DNA of 64,000 nt from Sminthopsis crassicaudata. Taxonomy: Eukaryota. This document shows positions 13,561 to 28,500 of this stretch, in pieces. Positions within the stretch are counted from its first letter, which is position 1. Every line of letters begins with the position of its first letter. Below the pieces are notes generated by a model. It saw nothing but the letters and a program-made list of their open reading frames with translations. It did no database searches and was not told the DNA's origin. The position numbers and the translations under genes are program-made. The stretch lies in contig NC_133620.1 of the NCBI RefSeq assembly GCF_048593235.1, forward strand, positions 396,581,261-396,645,260, in the 5' to 3' direction.

Positions 13561-16500
13561 AGGACGATATTCTTTTGTTAAACTATTTTGTGTATTGTGT
13601 ATTTGTGTATTGGGAGAGTATTATTAAATGAGAATTTTAGGACAAAGAGATAAATAAAGCATTATTAGATGATTTGGTCTCTAGTTATAGCTGAAGGCAG
13701 CGTATGCTAGATATTTCAATAACTATAAAGAAGCTCTTATAAGATTATTACACCTTTATCACTATGAAAAAGATAGATTAAAATCAATCCCCCAGTGTTG
13801 TAGTGAGGAGCTACTGAAATAATATTTTCTGAAGTGCTTAGCACAGTGCTTGCCACACAGTAGGTCCTTAAAAAATGTTTATTCCCCTTTCTTTCCCCTT
13901 CCCCCTCAACAGAGGTGCTATCTAAAATATATTCTTAATTTCATAGATATTACAGAGCACTAATACATTAATTGATGTTAACATCACACAACTATATGTC
14001 ATCAAGTTCACTTCAACAAATATTTATTCTGAACTATTTAATTTGCAAGTTGCTGGGCTAGGCCAAACAAGTGATTCCTAAAACCATCTCTGCCTTTCAT
14101 AGAGGATCTTGCAAAATTAGGAAATATCTAAATGTCTAAACTTTTCCCCAAGATATCTTCTGTAATGTAGACAAATCCATAGTCACAGATTGAGCCATAA
14201 CCACTTTCTAATACTTTAATGGAAAATAAATGGAAGTTGTAAAGGTCAGGGAAAATCCCATGGATTTCCATTTAAAGTATGGAAACTGATCCGTGTTCCA
14301 TGGCTGAGCTGAGACACAATGCAGTCCTCCTCTTTGCTTTCTCTCCTCTCTGCTATTGTACTCCAATTCTATTCATCTCCTGATGCTTTTATTTTCTTCT
14401 GACCCCTTCCAGATGCCTTTATTCTCTCACACCCATCCCCAGTCCCTTAGGCTTTAATGGATTAAAAAAGAAAAAAAAAAAAAAAAGGAAAAAAAGACCT
14501 GACTAAAACTAAAGGGATATAGATAGACAAACAAATAGATAAATGAATAAGTGCATATATGCATATAGATATATATGTCTATATCTTTAAATGGTTATAT
14601 ATCTATATTTATAAGCATAGATATAGAAATATGCATAAAACAGTATAGAGTAATATTTATATTATATTATGGATTACTTATATATTGCATACATAGGTAT
14701 ATATACACATATATGCATGTGTGTGCATATATAGATATATAATCCATGCATATTTGTGTATGTGTGTGTATGTATGTATCTGGATCTGAGAATATATTTC
14801 TTTCCCACTTCCCAAAGCTGTTCCTTTCTTTAGTCCTGTTCATTTCTCACTTCTATTTCAATAATCCTTATTTGTTCATTCCTTCTACTTCCCTGGTGTC
14901 TGCTTCCCTCCTTCTCCTTCTTGTCATGCTTTCCATCTGATCAACCTCCCCCAGGGTAGTTATTGGCCTTTGGGATGTGGTTTAGGTGTTAAATGGCTGA
15001 TTATTCATTGTGATCTCCAAGCAAGGGAGCTCTCCTCTCCTTATAGAGACTCTACTCTCCAGAGAATAGTTTGGCAGCGTTTTGCTCAAAGTGGAATAAA
15101 AAATGCATCACACTTAAAAACCCCCACATGGCTTCTCTCATGAAGATTTTTCCCCATGAAGGTTCCCTTTCTGTCAAGAGAGACAACATGGTGTGGTGGA
15201 AAGAGAACCATTCTGGGAATCCAAAGCTCTGGATTGCCATTGACTAGCTGTATTGAGTTTGGACCAAGACCTCTGAGTTTCTAAGGCCCTTTTCAACAAC
15301 AAAATGTCAAATTGGTGAAAAATGGAACCTATTGGTCATGCAACATGTTGGAGGAGGGGAAATACTCTTTAAAATGATACTCCTAGTCCCTGGATGGAAA
15401 CTTAGAAACCATTAGTTTTCTCTCATTTAAAGCTGAGGAAATTGAGGTCTACAGAAATTACATCTTGATTAAGGCCACAGAGATGGCAAGTGACAGAATT
15501 AAGATTTGAACTCCACTCTTTTGGCAGCAAGAGCTGTTAATTTCTTTACTAATGAAACCAGTTAAACCACTCTGATCAGAGCTTCCACTCTGAGGCTGAT
15601 GCATCAAGTGAGTACAAATTCACCTGGTTCACTAGGTAGCCCCAATTCAGACCATGTTTCACATCCCAATCAGTCATCCATTTGAGTTCCCTAGCCACCT
15701 TCCCAACACCAAGCTCTCTTCATCTGGGAGCACTGATGAAATCAATACTATTGTTTCCACAAAAGATGTGTCAATCAATTGCCTTGTGGATTAATTTACC
15801 ATCTATTTTATTTCTTAAATAAAAAATCTCTTCCCTGTCCCCAAAATCTCTTCCCTGTTGTTTCCTTCTATTAAAATGTTAACTTTTTGGAGCAGGAGCT
15901 ATCTCACCACTGAATTTATATCCCCAAGACTGTGTTGTTGTTGTTTAATTGTATCTAACTCTTTGTGACCCCACTTGGGATTTTTTTTGGCAAAGATTTT
16001 GGAGTGATTTATCATTTCCTTCTCCAGCTCATTTTACAGATGAGGAAACTGAAGAAAACAGTGTTAAGTGACTTGCCCAGGGTCACACAGCTAGTAAATA
16101 TCTGAGGCTGGATTTGAAGTCATGTTTTCCTTTCTCTAGGCACTGCACCACTTAGCTGCCCCTCCCAGGCTTATGGGAAAGCATGGCACATATTTAGAAC
16201 TTTAAAAATATTTTTTTCATTCATTTATTCTATGGGGGGAGTATCATAATAGTTTTGTCACAGATATCTCAAGAAGAACAGATACAGAGTTTTATAAAAA
16301 GTGTAGAATAAGAAAGGACTTTACAACTCCCTTAAACCAGCCCTTCATTTTGGAGATAAATTAAGTCTGAGAGACGTGAAGTCAGACTGGAGTCAGACAA
16401 GTGCATAGCAGAGCAAATATGAATGTTGGTTTTCTGAATCCAGCATCAGCATCCTATCCCCTTTGCAATAAGTACATTCCTTCTTTGTCCTTTAAACATC

Positions 16501-19500
16501 TTTGTGTCTATACCATGGAATTCATTTGATATATTTTTAAATGAGTTAATTCAGATCAGTTACATGGCATATTTGATGGACTAGAGAGAAATTAGTTAGT
16601 AGGAACATAAACCAATTATGGCAGGAAATTCAGAAGTGATTTGGGATAATCCCTTCATTTTACAGAAGAGAAAACTGAGGCTCAGGGAAGTTGTGACTTA
16701 CATAGAGAATAAATGTCAGTTAATAATTGAATCCACATCCTGTGATTTCAGAGCCAATATTTTTTCCATTGTAATATGCAAATGGAAGGGATGAAGGGGA
16801 AGAGAAAAGAAGGAAGAAAGGAAGCAAGGAAGGAAGGAGCAAGAAAGCAAACAAGAAAGGCAGGAAGAGAGGGTGGGAAGAAGGAAAGGAGAGAGAGAGG
16901 GAGAAAGGACATAAAAAAGGATAAAAAAAAGAAAGATGTATCTATGTTCCCATAGGTTAAGTTTGGTCAAAACAGATGAAAATGTGTGCAACTGGCTCCA
17001 CAGTAATGTGGCCAATTAAATGTGGATCCCATACCCATTTTAATAATGTGGCAAATTAAAGAATTTTTCATAGTACACAAAAGCATTACATATTTGAAAT
17101 ATTAAGATAGCTAATGCCTGGGGAAACTTTTAGTCAATGTTGAGGTTCTTAAGTGTGCAAACATATTTTAGGCCAGTATTTTGTCCAGTCTTATGTCAAA
17201 ACACATGAGTTTGTTATAAAGATTTCATTGTTTAGTCAAAATAAGGTAGACTCTCCTCACAACTTTACCTTCTCCATACAGAGATGTTGCATATTTGGGC
17301 TGTCTGTCATGTATGTACATACAAATAACATTGGAAGGAGAGTTAGAAGGAATACATTTTGGTTATTGTTATACTCTTAATTTGCTCCATACTCTTGAAA
17401 AAATTATTTTATCCTTCTAGGCCTGTTTTCTCATCTGTGTAATGGGGGTGAGAGTGGGGATGGTTAGATCAACTTTAAGGAACCCTCAACTTTTATTATT
17501 CTAGTTCTTTCCGTTCTATTTTCTTATATTTGATTGCTTTAGTCTATTCCATCTTACATGACTATATAAAGATAAGGGTCATTTTTTTTGAATAAAAAGC
17601 TATTTGAAGCAGTTGACATGGCCTTGATCTACCTGATGATAGCCAAGATGCCTTCACATCTGGGTTCTGGACACATCTGCCCATCTCCTTTCTTCCCTAT
17701 TTCAATATTTTGTTTGAATATATTTTTAATTGGCCTGGCTGCTTATCCTTTGCACTAACATGGTTGATTTCTTTCCTTGTCAGTTTTGCTCAGCAGTATG
17801 AAGTATTTCATTATTTCTTCTACTTTTCCCTCCTTCAATCTTGTTGGAAAATTTTGGAAATATTGGCCTAGAAATTCCAACTTTTTGCCTTGAAACAAGA
17901 GTCTGGTAAAATTTCCAATAGAGATGGAAAATCTAGCTGATAATTTTATATTATCTTCTATTAATCAATCAACATTTATTAAGTAACTATTCCCCAGGCC
18001 TGATACTAAAGGCTGGCTAACACAGTAATTCTTTTAGGCTATTGGCATAGTATTGTTGGTTATAGATTTTCTAAGAGTGACAAGCACAAGAAGGAATCAC
18101 ACTCAAGTCAAGAGAGCCAGGTGCAAAGTGGATAGGCTGTTGGATTTAGCATCGGGAAGACCTGGATTCAAATCTCACCTCTGTCATTAATGGGATGTAT
18201 GATTCTGGGGAACATACTTAACCTTTCTAAACTTCAGTTTCTTCATCTGTAAAATGAGGGGGTTAAATTTTATGATCTCTAAGATCCCTTCTAGCCCTAA
18301 ATCAGTAATCCAATGACTATAAGTCCTGACTTGGATGCTGTATGGACTGGGCAGATGTAGGCACTTGACAAATTCTTATTAATTGGCTGCCATAGAATAA
18401 TATATAATTTTAAGTCAGCAGATCCAATAAAAGAAATGGATAGTGAAAAAATCTGAGAAATAAAGGATATAAATGATTTCTACTCAGGGAATGATGAATA
18501 GCTATTTTTCATCTCTACTGTGTACAGAATAAAAATAAATGAATATTAAATGGAAAATTAGGGATTTTAATTGATTACAAGGGAGAACTCTATGGTGAAG
18601 AATTATGAAACATTTTAATGAGTCACCCTAGGGAAGTGGTAGAATTTCCTTGTAGGGAGGTCTTAAAAATATATTTCCATCCATCCAGAAAGAGTAGATA
18701 AATTAGACCTATAGAATCTCAAAACTGAAAAAGGTATTAAGATCATCTGGGCCAACTGCTAATGCTGAATCCTTTGTATAATATGGGGGTAATTTATTGC
18801 CCAATGCTATCCAGTGATGTACTATCTCTGATGTAATCATTCCATCCTGGGATAGCTTTAATTATCAGAAAGTTCATGTTCTCTGTTTGTTCAGCTTCCT
18901 TTTGTGTCTTGTCTTCCCACATTAGACTGTAAGTTCCTTGAGGGCAGACACTTTTTCTTTTTCTTATGTGTATCCCTAAGTGCTTAGCATAGTGCCTTTC
19001 ACACTCATAGAGCACTTAAGACTCTTTAGGAGTCAGACCATGGCCTCCTCTTTGGAGACTCTTGCCATATAAAGTACCTACAAAATGGAAAGGAGACTAG
19101 TAGGTATCCCCAAATTCACAGAATACAAAGTCCAAGAAGGGAGACAATAATAAAATCCATGACCTCAGATGTCTATGCACAAATAAACAAAGTATGGATA
19201 ATTAGTGAGCCTAAGTTAAGGAGGAAAATTTACTTCACAGCTTTCACTGAGACTTAGTGAAATGGGATTCATGACTAGAATATGGTACTGAAAGATAATT
19301 ATTGAAAAGGAACAGAATAGGTAAAAATGCTAGACTAGAATTATATATGAAGATATACTTACTTGACAAAATCTAGCAGGTGGAAGGTGTGGTGCATTTG
19401 AATGAAGGTCAGTGGAGATCAACATAATATTGTCACCAGAGTAAACTATAGACCATATGTACAGAAGAGAGCAAAAATGACTTAACTCTGGAAACATAGG

Positions 19501-20479
19501 CTTGTATGAAGTTACAATATAGTAGTTTGGTTATCTGGAATCCTTGGTACCCCCCTTTCCTTGCCAAAATCAGGGCAGCTAATGACTTCTTGGCTTGCCT
19601 TAATAACATGAACTATGTATCCCTTTCACCCCTGGAATCATACATATTTATATTCACTATGGGAGAGAATATAGCTGGGGGACTTAGGCAGTGTTTAATC
19701 TATCAACAGACCATGAAGGAACCATAAATCTAACAACAAAATACTTAATTTGAACAGAATAGCAAAGTAAATAATAGTAAAATTTTATATTAGGATCATT
19801 CTCAGCTCTCATATATAAATGAATATAATTTCCCATAGAATTGTGCATTAATGAGCAAAAGAATAAATCCCTGGAAACCTCACACTCTGTGGTGAGAAAG
19901 GGCTTCAGTGTCATTTGCTTTAAATCAAAGCTGAGAAAACCTCTCCAGTGTGAGTTCTCACAACAGCACTTCCCAACAACTGGCTTGACTTTTCTGGAAT
20001 TGTCACTATTCCTGCCATTGCCTTTGGGAAGTGTCATTGAATTTAAGAGGGGACCACCCTGGACAACATCCCTAGGGATAGACTAGCTTCATAACTTTGT
20101 CCCTGGTAATCCATAAAATAAGGTTTCTTGAGCAGCTGTAAGTTTATTGTTGCCCTCTTCAACCTTAGGTGAGTTAGAGTTATGTGTATGGATTAGTTTA
20201 GACGATCTATAAGGTTTCATTCAACTTTCAAATTCTGTGATCCTATGATTCTGAAACTCCATCCATTTCTTTGTTATCTAGTGTTTCAGATTGGACTTAG
20301 TCAGTGTCTAGTCACATGATCCACTGAGGCTTTCTGAGGCAGGGAATAAAAACTCATATGCCTTTTCATTCCCATCATGTGCCTCATTACTAGGGCACAT
20401 GTAAATTGCCCTCAAATTTCTTTTTTTTTTCTATTATATTTTTTATTTATTTGGTCAAATATTTTCCAATTATATTTTA

Positions 20480-21045
20480 AACTTTTTTCTCAATAGTATT
20501 TTATTTTCCCAAATATATATAAAGAGAGTTTTCAACATTCATTTTTGTAAGACTTTGTGTCCCAAATTTTCTCCCTCCCTCTTTTATCTTCCCCTCTCCC
20601 CAAGACAGCAAGCGAACTGATATAAATTAAATATGTGCAATATTTTAAAACATATTTCCAAATTTGTCTTGTTGTGCAAGAAAAATCAGACCGAAAGGGA
20701 AAAAACACAAGAAAGTAAAAACAACCAAACAAAAAAGATGAAAGTCTCCATCTTTCTCTGGATGCATATGGTATTTTCCATTCCAAATCTATTGGAATAG
20801 TTTTGAATCACCACATTGGTGAGAAGAGCCAAGTCCATCGCAGTTGATCATCACATAATTTTGTTATTACTGTGTACTGTTAGGTTCTTACAGTGTACAA
20901 TGTTTTTCTCACTTCACTTAGCATCAGTTCATTTATCTTTCAAGTTTTACTTGAAATCTATCTGCTCATCATTTCTTATAGAACAATAATATTCCATTAC
21001 ATTCATTTACCATAACTTATTGAGAATCCATCCAATTTTCAGTTC
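20480..21045 (-). mobile_element. Older L1 3' fragment
   Basis: Reverse L1 3' UTR and ORF2 end (CCCTCTCCCCAAGACAGC..TCACTTAGCATCAGTTC..AATATTCCAT). Confidence 0.75.
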
Positions 21046-22329
21046 CTGCTCAAAAGAAGGTGGGATAGAGTGGTAAATATGAAATAGGAGTAGCACAAGC
21101 TAGATCCCCTGCTGGCAAATGTCTACTTTCATTATGGAGCATCTAATCCTTTAGAAGGTGAAGAAAGGGAATCTTGTCCATGCCTAGGAATTTATGATGA
21201 TTGAGAAGAAAGATGACATGAACCTTAGATTTTTGGTAAACAGATTTTAAAGAGATCATAGAAAAGATAGTTAGGATTTTGTGGCCTAAAATTCTACTGG
21301 GCAAGTCAGCCCCGATGAATTGAGAAGGACTCAAGAATGAAATTTTGAGGACACAAAGATAAGCGATTCTGATGAAGAAAAAAGGTTGTTGAAAAAGACA
21401 CTGACATGGATATGCAGAGAAAGCACTGACAACAGATTTTAGAAAGGCAGATAAATGACTATGGTCACAGAAGTTTGATATAGCTCGGCAAAAATAATGA
21501 CAGGGACACTGGAATGGAGACTAGAAAAAATAAAGATGACACAAAGGGATTTAAAAGCTAGATTTAGGGAAAAAAAGATCAAATAAATGAAGAGCCTACT
21601 GCTAGGGATGGATCAGATGAATAATAAGAGAGACTAGACAAAACTATCCAATTTTTGTTTTACCCAAACATTAGATTAGAAAGATTAGATTAGAAAGAAC
21701 AGAATAAAAATGACTAACAGAAAGTTAACTTTACTGCTAAGTGATTGATTATAATATTTGGGAAAAAATTAGAGAATGGTTGAGGTGCTACAGGACAAGA
21801 CTTAAAAAAAAAAAAAAAGAGCCATATCTGCAAATGATAATTTGCTGAGCTTGATTCTGATATATGGAAAATTTTTATTAAAGGGATGGCTAATGAGATC
21901 TAGAAAAGGAAGTTGTGATCATCAAAAGCCAGCATGATTGCTGCTTCTTTATTTAAAAACAGGGTAACTAGATTGGTGGATCAATGAAGTCTTGTAGATA
22001 ACAAAGCATTCAAAAAATTTCTTATAATATTTTTGTAGAAAAGATATATGTACAAGGACAAGATGATAGTACATTTAAACAGATTCAGAACTGGTTGAAT
22101 GATCAAATGCAAAAAAAAGTAAGTTATTAATAGTTTGAGGTCAACTTGGGAGGAGGACTCTGGGATTTGTTTTATAAGTGATTTAACAGTTTTATCATCA
22201 ATGTAGATGACAAAGTTATCAAATTTACATATATTGCTACTAGGTAAAAGAATGTGCTGTTACCTATGACAAAAGTTAAGAGAGTTGACACAATAGATTC
22301 CAAAGGTAGATTCCAAATAAGATCTTGAT

Positions 22330-22745
22330 AGTTGTTTATCCTTTCTTTTCAAAGAGGACCAGTAATATTACATGATTACATCTTAACTTGTGCAGGAATT
22401 GGATTTAATAGAGGCAGAATTGTACGAAGTTGTCAACTGTCTCTTCCAGAGTCATCAAAGTCCAGTGATTGGGAATGTGGAGATAGTGGATGACTTTAGC
22501 ATCTTCAATATCTGACCAAGCTCTAAACATTCCAAAGTCCCTGCTTCAGTCACTTTCATGATTGTCGGAACATATTGTCCCCATTCACCTATTCCATCAG
22601 GGGAAGTCTTCACATGCTTGGAGTAGACCTCTCCTTAACTCACTGAGGGGTTCGAGTCCTGTCAATCACCCTCAATCTGGTTTGAATCATTTGCAGAGGT
22701 GGTCATTGTGCTCTGCTCACATCACACCTGGAGTATTCTGTTCTG
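22330..22745 (-). mobile_element. RTE-tail SINE (WALLSI/RTESINE-like)
   Basis: GTTGTTTATCCTTTC..AAAGAGGACC..GAATTGGATTTAA signature. A related RTE-type copy lies at about 59020-59370. Confidence 0.5.
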
Positions 22746-22824
22746 AGTAGCATATTTTAGGAGCGTCAATGATAAACTGGAAAGCATTCAGAGAATGATG
22801 ACCAGGACAATTAAAATATCTCAA

Positions 22825-23191
22825 GAGATGATTCAAAGCAATTTCACTTGTTCAGTGATGAAGAGAGCCCAGAGAAAACTGTGGGAACAGAGTGTGGACC
22901 ACAACATAGCATTCTCCCTCTCTGTGTTATTTGCCTACATTTTTTTTTCCTCAGTTTTTTATTTTTCTTCCTCCTTGATCTGATTTTTCTTGTACAGCAA
23001 GATAACTGTATAAATATGTATACATATATTGGAGTTACCATGTATTTTAACATATTTAATATGTATTGGACCACGTGCCATCTAAGGGAAGGAGAAGGAG
23101 GGGAAAATTTGGAACAAAAGATTTTGCAAGGGTCAATGCTGAAAAAATTATCCATGCATATGTTTTGTAAATAAAAAAAAACTTTAATTTA

Positions 23192-23200
<9 letters not shown>
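22825..23200 (+). mobile_element. Older L1 3' fragment followed by (TA)n
   Basis: GTGATGAAGAGAGCC..GAGTGTGGACCACAACATAGC..TTTTGCAAGGGTCAATG..AATAAAAAAAA. Confidence 0.8.
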
Positions 23201-23235
<35 letters not shown>

Positions 23236-25988
23236 CAAGCACATGGTCTAATTGTTGTCATTGTTAAAACACTAGAAACTAGGAGATTGGGGATTTCTCC
23301 TGCAGAGAGAATACTTGGGATATACATGTTATCTATCGTCAAACACTTGAAGGGTTTTCATATGAAAGACATATTGGTCTTGTTCTTCTAGGCAAAGGGG
23401 AGAACAAGGGTAAAACTGTAAAGACCGATCTTGGGTAGAATCAAAAGGAAAACTTCCTAACCTAATTAGAACTCTCCTAATGTAGTGGAAAGTTGTGCTA
23501 CAATGTAATACAGGTCTTTAAGCAGAGGTTTTAAATTCACTTCTCTGGAATGTTGGGGAGAGAATTGTTGTTCAAAGTATAGTTTGGACTAAATGACCTC
23601 TGACAACCTTTCAAACTGATATTCTGTGATTCACCGGGGAAGACACCAAGATAAATATGGCACAGCCCTAGCTCTAGGGGAAATTCCAACTCCCTCATCC
23701 AAGTTTTTCCTCTGAAGCCAAATAGAATAAAGAGAATTCCTTTTTCACGTGACAATCTAGGAGAGAGTATAGGACTTAGAGGAAATAAGACCTGAATCTG
23801 AATCCTACCTCGGACAGTTACTAATGGCTGACCCTAGGCAAGTCTATTCCTCAATTTCTTCATCAATAAAGTAGAAGGGGTTAGGGATGGAGTCAGTGGA
23901 TGCTAAGGTCCGTTTGAGCTCTAAATCAATGATGCTGTAATTTGAAGAATGCTTTCTCAACCCCCTTCAATTTCATCAGATCCAAGAGACTATGACAAAA
24001 ACAATGTTATTATCTAATTGGCAACATTTTCCCTTTAGTTCTTGATGTAGATGATTCAAAATTGACATAATGAAAGGAATGGAGGTTATTTTAAAAAGGA
24101 AATCCTTAAGAATCAAAATCCAATTGAATACTACTATTCTGAGTGTTGAAGTCTCACAGAAATTTATCACTATGTAGGGAATGTAAAAGATCCAAAAAGA
24201 GGAGGCCTATGGTTTTATGTTAATTAGGAATTCTTATTAATTTAAAATATTTATACCAAAACTCCTTTGCCAACACTGAAGTTGCAACAATATATCATCT
24301 TTGGCCATAGAGGAAAGAAAATTAATTTTAAAAATATTCTTGCAGCCTTGGTAAGCAAGTTTTCTAATCTTTGATGAGCCCAATCACAAGCATGTAACAA
24401 AGATCTCATCTGTGGGTCTAACAATGTGGATGATTCATTCTTAAAAGGGAGAATTTAGTCTTCACTTCTCAAAAAGTAGTGCCCTCGTGTCCTCTGATAA
24501 CTAATGTCTAGATATGATAATTGTCCTGAGGCTTCAATGAACCCTGAGAAAGTACTAGAAGAACTGGAAGAAAGGGACACAAACTGGCACCTCAATTGAC
24601 AAAGCCCTTGTTACTTTTATACATTATTTTTTCTTTAGAACAATAACTCTTAAGCTGGAGCTCATGAACTTAAAATTTTTGACAATCCTATGTTTTTTAT
24701 TTTGTCCATTTATAAACATGATTCTGAGAAGGGATAGACAGAAAAGGGGTCCCAGGACAGATACACAAAAAAGATTAAGAATTTGTTTTAGAAGATAGAA
24801 GAAATAACAAGACAAGCTGCCATACTTTACCAGATTTTCATCAATAGCTAAGATAGAACAGTGGGGGGAAAGTGACTACTTCATTTTAGAACTCAAGAGA
24901 CATCTAGCTTGCACCCTAGATTTTGCACAAAACCTTTTTTCCCCCATAAGTACAGGTATGTAACTGTTTGTCCAATAGCAGTGAACAGAGACCCACAGAC
25001 CTGGGGGAAATATGAGGTTATAAGTTAAAGAAATCAATCTATAAACAATAAAGGTTTTGTTGGGGGACAAGTACTGGACCTGTTATTTAAATGATATAAG
25101 GAGCTCCCAGTCTACTAATTCAGGTAATACCACCTCTGTAGCATTTAGGCTTAGAAAGATGTCAAGATCAAGGCCTGTAAGAATTCTTTCCCAGAAGGAC
25201 CAGATTAAAATGTAACTGGGAAATGTTTAACAAAATAAACATAAAATATAATGTTGGTGATGTTAAGTTGTGGTTTTCTAAGTCAGTATGCAACTCATTG
25301 GGATCTCCTTCTAAGTTTGACATCACTGGTCTAGACACACAGCCGTGTGGTTTTATATGTGCCAGTAACAGGACTTGTACCCCCATTTTCCTGTCCCTGT
25401 GGCCAGAGGTCTATCCACTACAATATATACTGTCAAAGATTTTAATCACAATTTAAAATATTATCCATAGTATTCTCTCTCTGTCTCTGTTTGTCTTTCT
25501 GTCTGTCTGTCTCTCTGTGTCTGTCTCTGTCTCTCCGCCTCTGTCTGTCTCTGTCTTTCTGTCTTTCTCTCTCTTTCTCTTTCTGTAAGTGTTGTTTTTA
25601 CCAGATGTATCATTCCTTTGACATTACTCTGCATGGGGAAAGGTCTGAGAAAATCTAGTGGGCTGGTATATTTAACAAGGCTACTTTGCTAGAAAAAGAT
25701 GAAACTAATTTTTTTTTCACTTTCAAATATCAAAATCATAATTTCTTAGTTGTCATGAAGGACAACAGTGTTTTTTAGGTAAAAATAATATTCCAAACAA
25801 ACTTATCTTTCTACCAGAAAAAATGAATGGGGATTCATACAAAATATTTTTAAAACAATCTATATTACTAAATCTAAATGAAAATTAAGAAATAAGTAGT
25901 ATTTGGGCTCTTTTTTCATCACTTAGTTTTCCCTGAATTTTTTTCTAAGGTTCTGATGAGAATGTACTGATTTAAATGTTTCCTTTAC

Positions 25989-26670
25989 AAATACTGAGGA
26001 GGGGAAAGGGATCTGTATGTGCCAAAATGTTTGTGGCAGCTCTTTTTGTTGTAGCTAGAAACTGGAAGATGAATGGATGTCCATCAATTGGAGAATGGTT
26101 GGGTAAATTGTGGTATATGAAGGTTATGGAATATTATTGCTCTGTAAGAAATGATCAGCAGGAAGATTACAGAGAGGCTTGGAGAGACTTACATCAACTG
26201 ATGCTGAGTGAAATGAATAGATCCAGAAGATCACTGTACACTTCAACAATGATACTGTATGATGATGTATTCTGATGGAAGTGGATATCTTCAACATAAA
26301 GAAGATCCAACCCACTTCCAGTTGATCAATGATGGACAGAAACAGCTACACCCAGAGAAGGAACACTGGGAAGTGAATGTAAATTGTTAGCTCTACTGTC
26401 TATCTATCCAGGTTACTTATACCTTTGGAATCTAATACTTAGTGTGCAACAAGAAAATGGTATTTACACACATATATTGTATCTAGGTTATATTGTAACA
26501 CATGTAAAATGTATGGGATTGCCTGTCATCAAGGGGAGGGAGTAGAGGGAGGGAAGGGATAATTTGGAAAAATGAATACAAGGGATAATGTTAAAAAAAT
26601 TACTCATGCATATATACTGTCAAAAATTATAAATAAATATCTTGATTTGGTTTAAGAAAAAAACAAAAAA
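25989..26670 (+). mobile_element. Young 5'-truncated L1 (ORF2 C-terminus + 3' UTR)
   Basis: ORF 25976..26275 has the L1 ORF2 end (CAKMFVAALFVVARNWK...). 16-bp TSD TAAATGTTTCCTTTAC at 25973-25988 / 26671-26686. A-tail at 26657-26670. Confidence 0.95.
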
Positions 26671-27659
26671 TAAATGTTTCCTTTACTGGTTTAAGCATGT
26701 TATTAGAGATTTTAAGCTGATTACCCAGCTTTTAATAAATCAGTCTATTTTTTTCTCTAACTCATCAAAATGGAGAAAATTGAGTATCAAGTTTCAATCT
26801 CATGTGTTCTGTAATTCTGTGTTCTGGTGCAATGCCCACACAACTGGTCTGATTTGAGTCAAAATAGTGATCTTTCCAAGTTTAATAAAATAAACACTTA
26901 CAGTTGAATAGAATTGGAAATGCAAATATTGAAATTCTTTTAAATGGCACATTTATTGCATTTTAAAGATCCCAATGACACAGAGGATTAGAGAAGAGGG
27001 TTTTTTGAACTATATATCAGAGAGCAGTATGAAGTGGACAATGGATTTCTTGATATAGGGAACTTCTACTCAAGCAGGTCATCCCTTAATCTTAGAATTC
27101 TTTAGAATAGCTAAATGATAGCTATACATCAGTGGAAGACTTGAATCCAGTTTTTGATGGTGTCAAGGCATTCAACAAATAATGAAATAAGGAGAATGAT
27201 TTTTTTGAGAGACAATGAGAGGAAAGACTAATTCCTACAATGATGTTCTCTATTTTTGTCACTATGGTTAACAACATAGATAATGATGTGGAATTATACC
27301 AGCAATAATGTTAAAATAATTCATATTTATGTTGTACAGATTATAAAGTACCTTCCTCCAAGCAACTTTGCTACAGTAGTGTTGAATCTTCTTCTTCTTC
27401 TTCTTTTTTTTTTTTTTAAAGAAGTATTAGAGGGATGATTTTGGAAATTAAAAGGCAGCTACCATAGAAAGGGGAGAGAGTCAGCATCAGAAACCTCAAG
27501 ATCAAGTTCAAGTCCTTTCTTTGTCTCTGATGCACACAGGACAAGTGACAACCTTTTTAAGTGTAGGTGGCTTCTATACTTCCATTATTCTAAGTCTCAC
27601 TCTAGGGCCAGTCAAGTTTTTATACCTATCTTATAATCCACTAAATGAGAGCTTTATAG

Positions 27660-28500
27660 CATTACAAGCTTGCAGAATTGGAAGAGAACTTGGAGGTGCC
27701 TAAACTAACCAATGAAAAAAATCCCATCTACAAAATGTCTTATCTACAGTCATTCTACCTGGGTGGGAACAACACCCCCAGTTGTGGGGAAATCATGGCT
27801 TTATGAAGAGCCCATTTCAATAGTGTGCATCTCTAATGGTTAGGTAAGCAAAAGTTCTTTCATATATTGAGTCAAATTTACTCCTTTTAATTGGCTCACA
27901 TTGACCCTAGTTCTTTTCCCTGAAATGACACAGAGCAAGTGTGCTCTTCTTCCATTTGAAGATCCTTCTGATTCCCATGGGTATTTGCTGTATGATATAG
28001 AAACTTCTCTTTCCCAGTTACTTATATTACTGTGTCTTTCAGAACTTTCCCTTTGAAAAGTTATCTTCCCTTAGTTTTCCCAAGAATTTCCAGTTCTATC
28101 ATTCTTTATTTCATAAGAAATGTCGATTCCTTACTATGCCAGTAAACTGCTTCTGGTAATGCTCTGATTTGTTAGTGAATCACTTAAAATATAGTCCTCA
28201 GAATTAAACATCGCTCCATGTGGGATGAAACCAGTGCAAAGTATAATGGGACTTTTGCTTCCTATAATTAGGACACTATATTTCCTCTTAATATAGCCTA
28301 AGATTTCCTTAGTTTTTTTTAGCAGCTTTATCTTACTATTGGTTTTCATATTGAGCTTATGGTCAACTGGAAGGCTCAGTGTTTCTTTTATTATTTTTTA
28401 AATAGGAACTGTTGCCAATTATTCATGCAATTCATTTTAAAAACTTAAATGCCAAACTTTACATTTATCTCCATTAAATTTCATCTTATTGATTTTAACC
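27660..28500 (-). mobile_element. Degraded L3/CR1 LINE
   Basis: ORF 28134..28349 reads KKTKEILGYIKRK, matching the CR1 RT C-terminal KKANAILGCIKRS motif. Confidence 0.65.

Larger units (their letters stand above)
21500..23620 (+). mobile_element. Degraded L3/CR1 LINE interrupted by an RTE-tail SINE and an L1 3' fragment
   Basis: CR1-like segments (CAGAACTGGTTGAATGA, AAAGCATTCAGAGAA, 3' GGACTAAATGACCTC...TTCTGTGATTC). Confidence 0.65.

Noticed and set aside
13360-13581. Lys/Arg/Gly-rich ORF and its Phe/Leu-rich antisense ORFs
   Set aside because: Translation of purine-rich low-complexity DNA.
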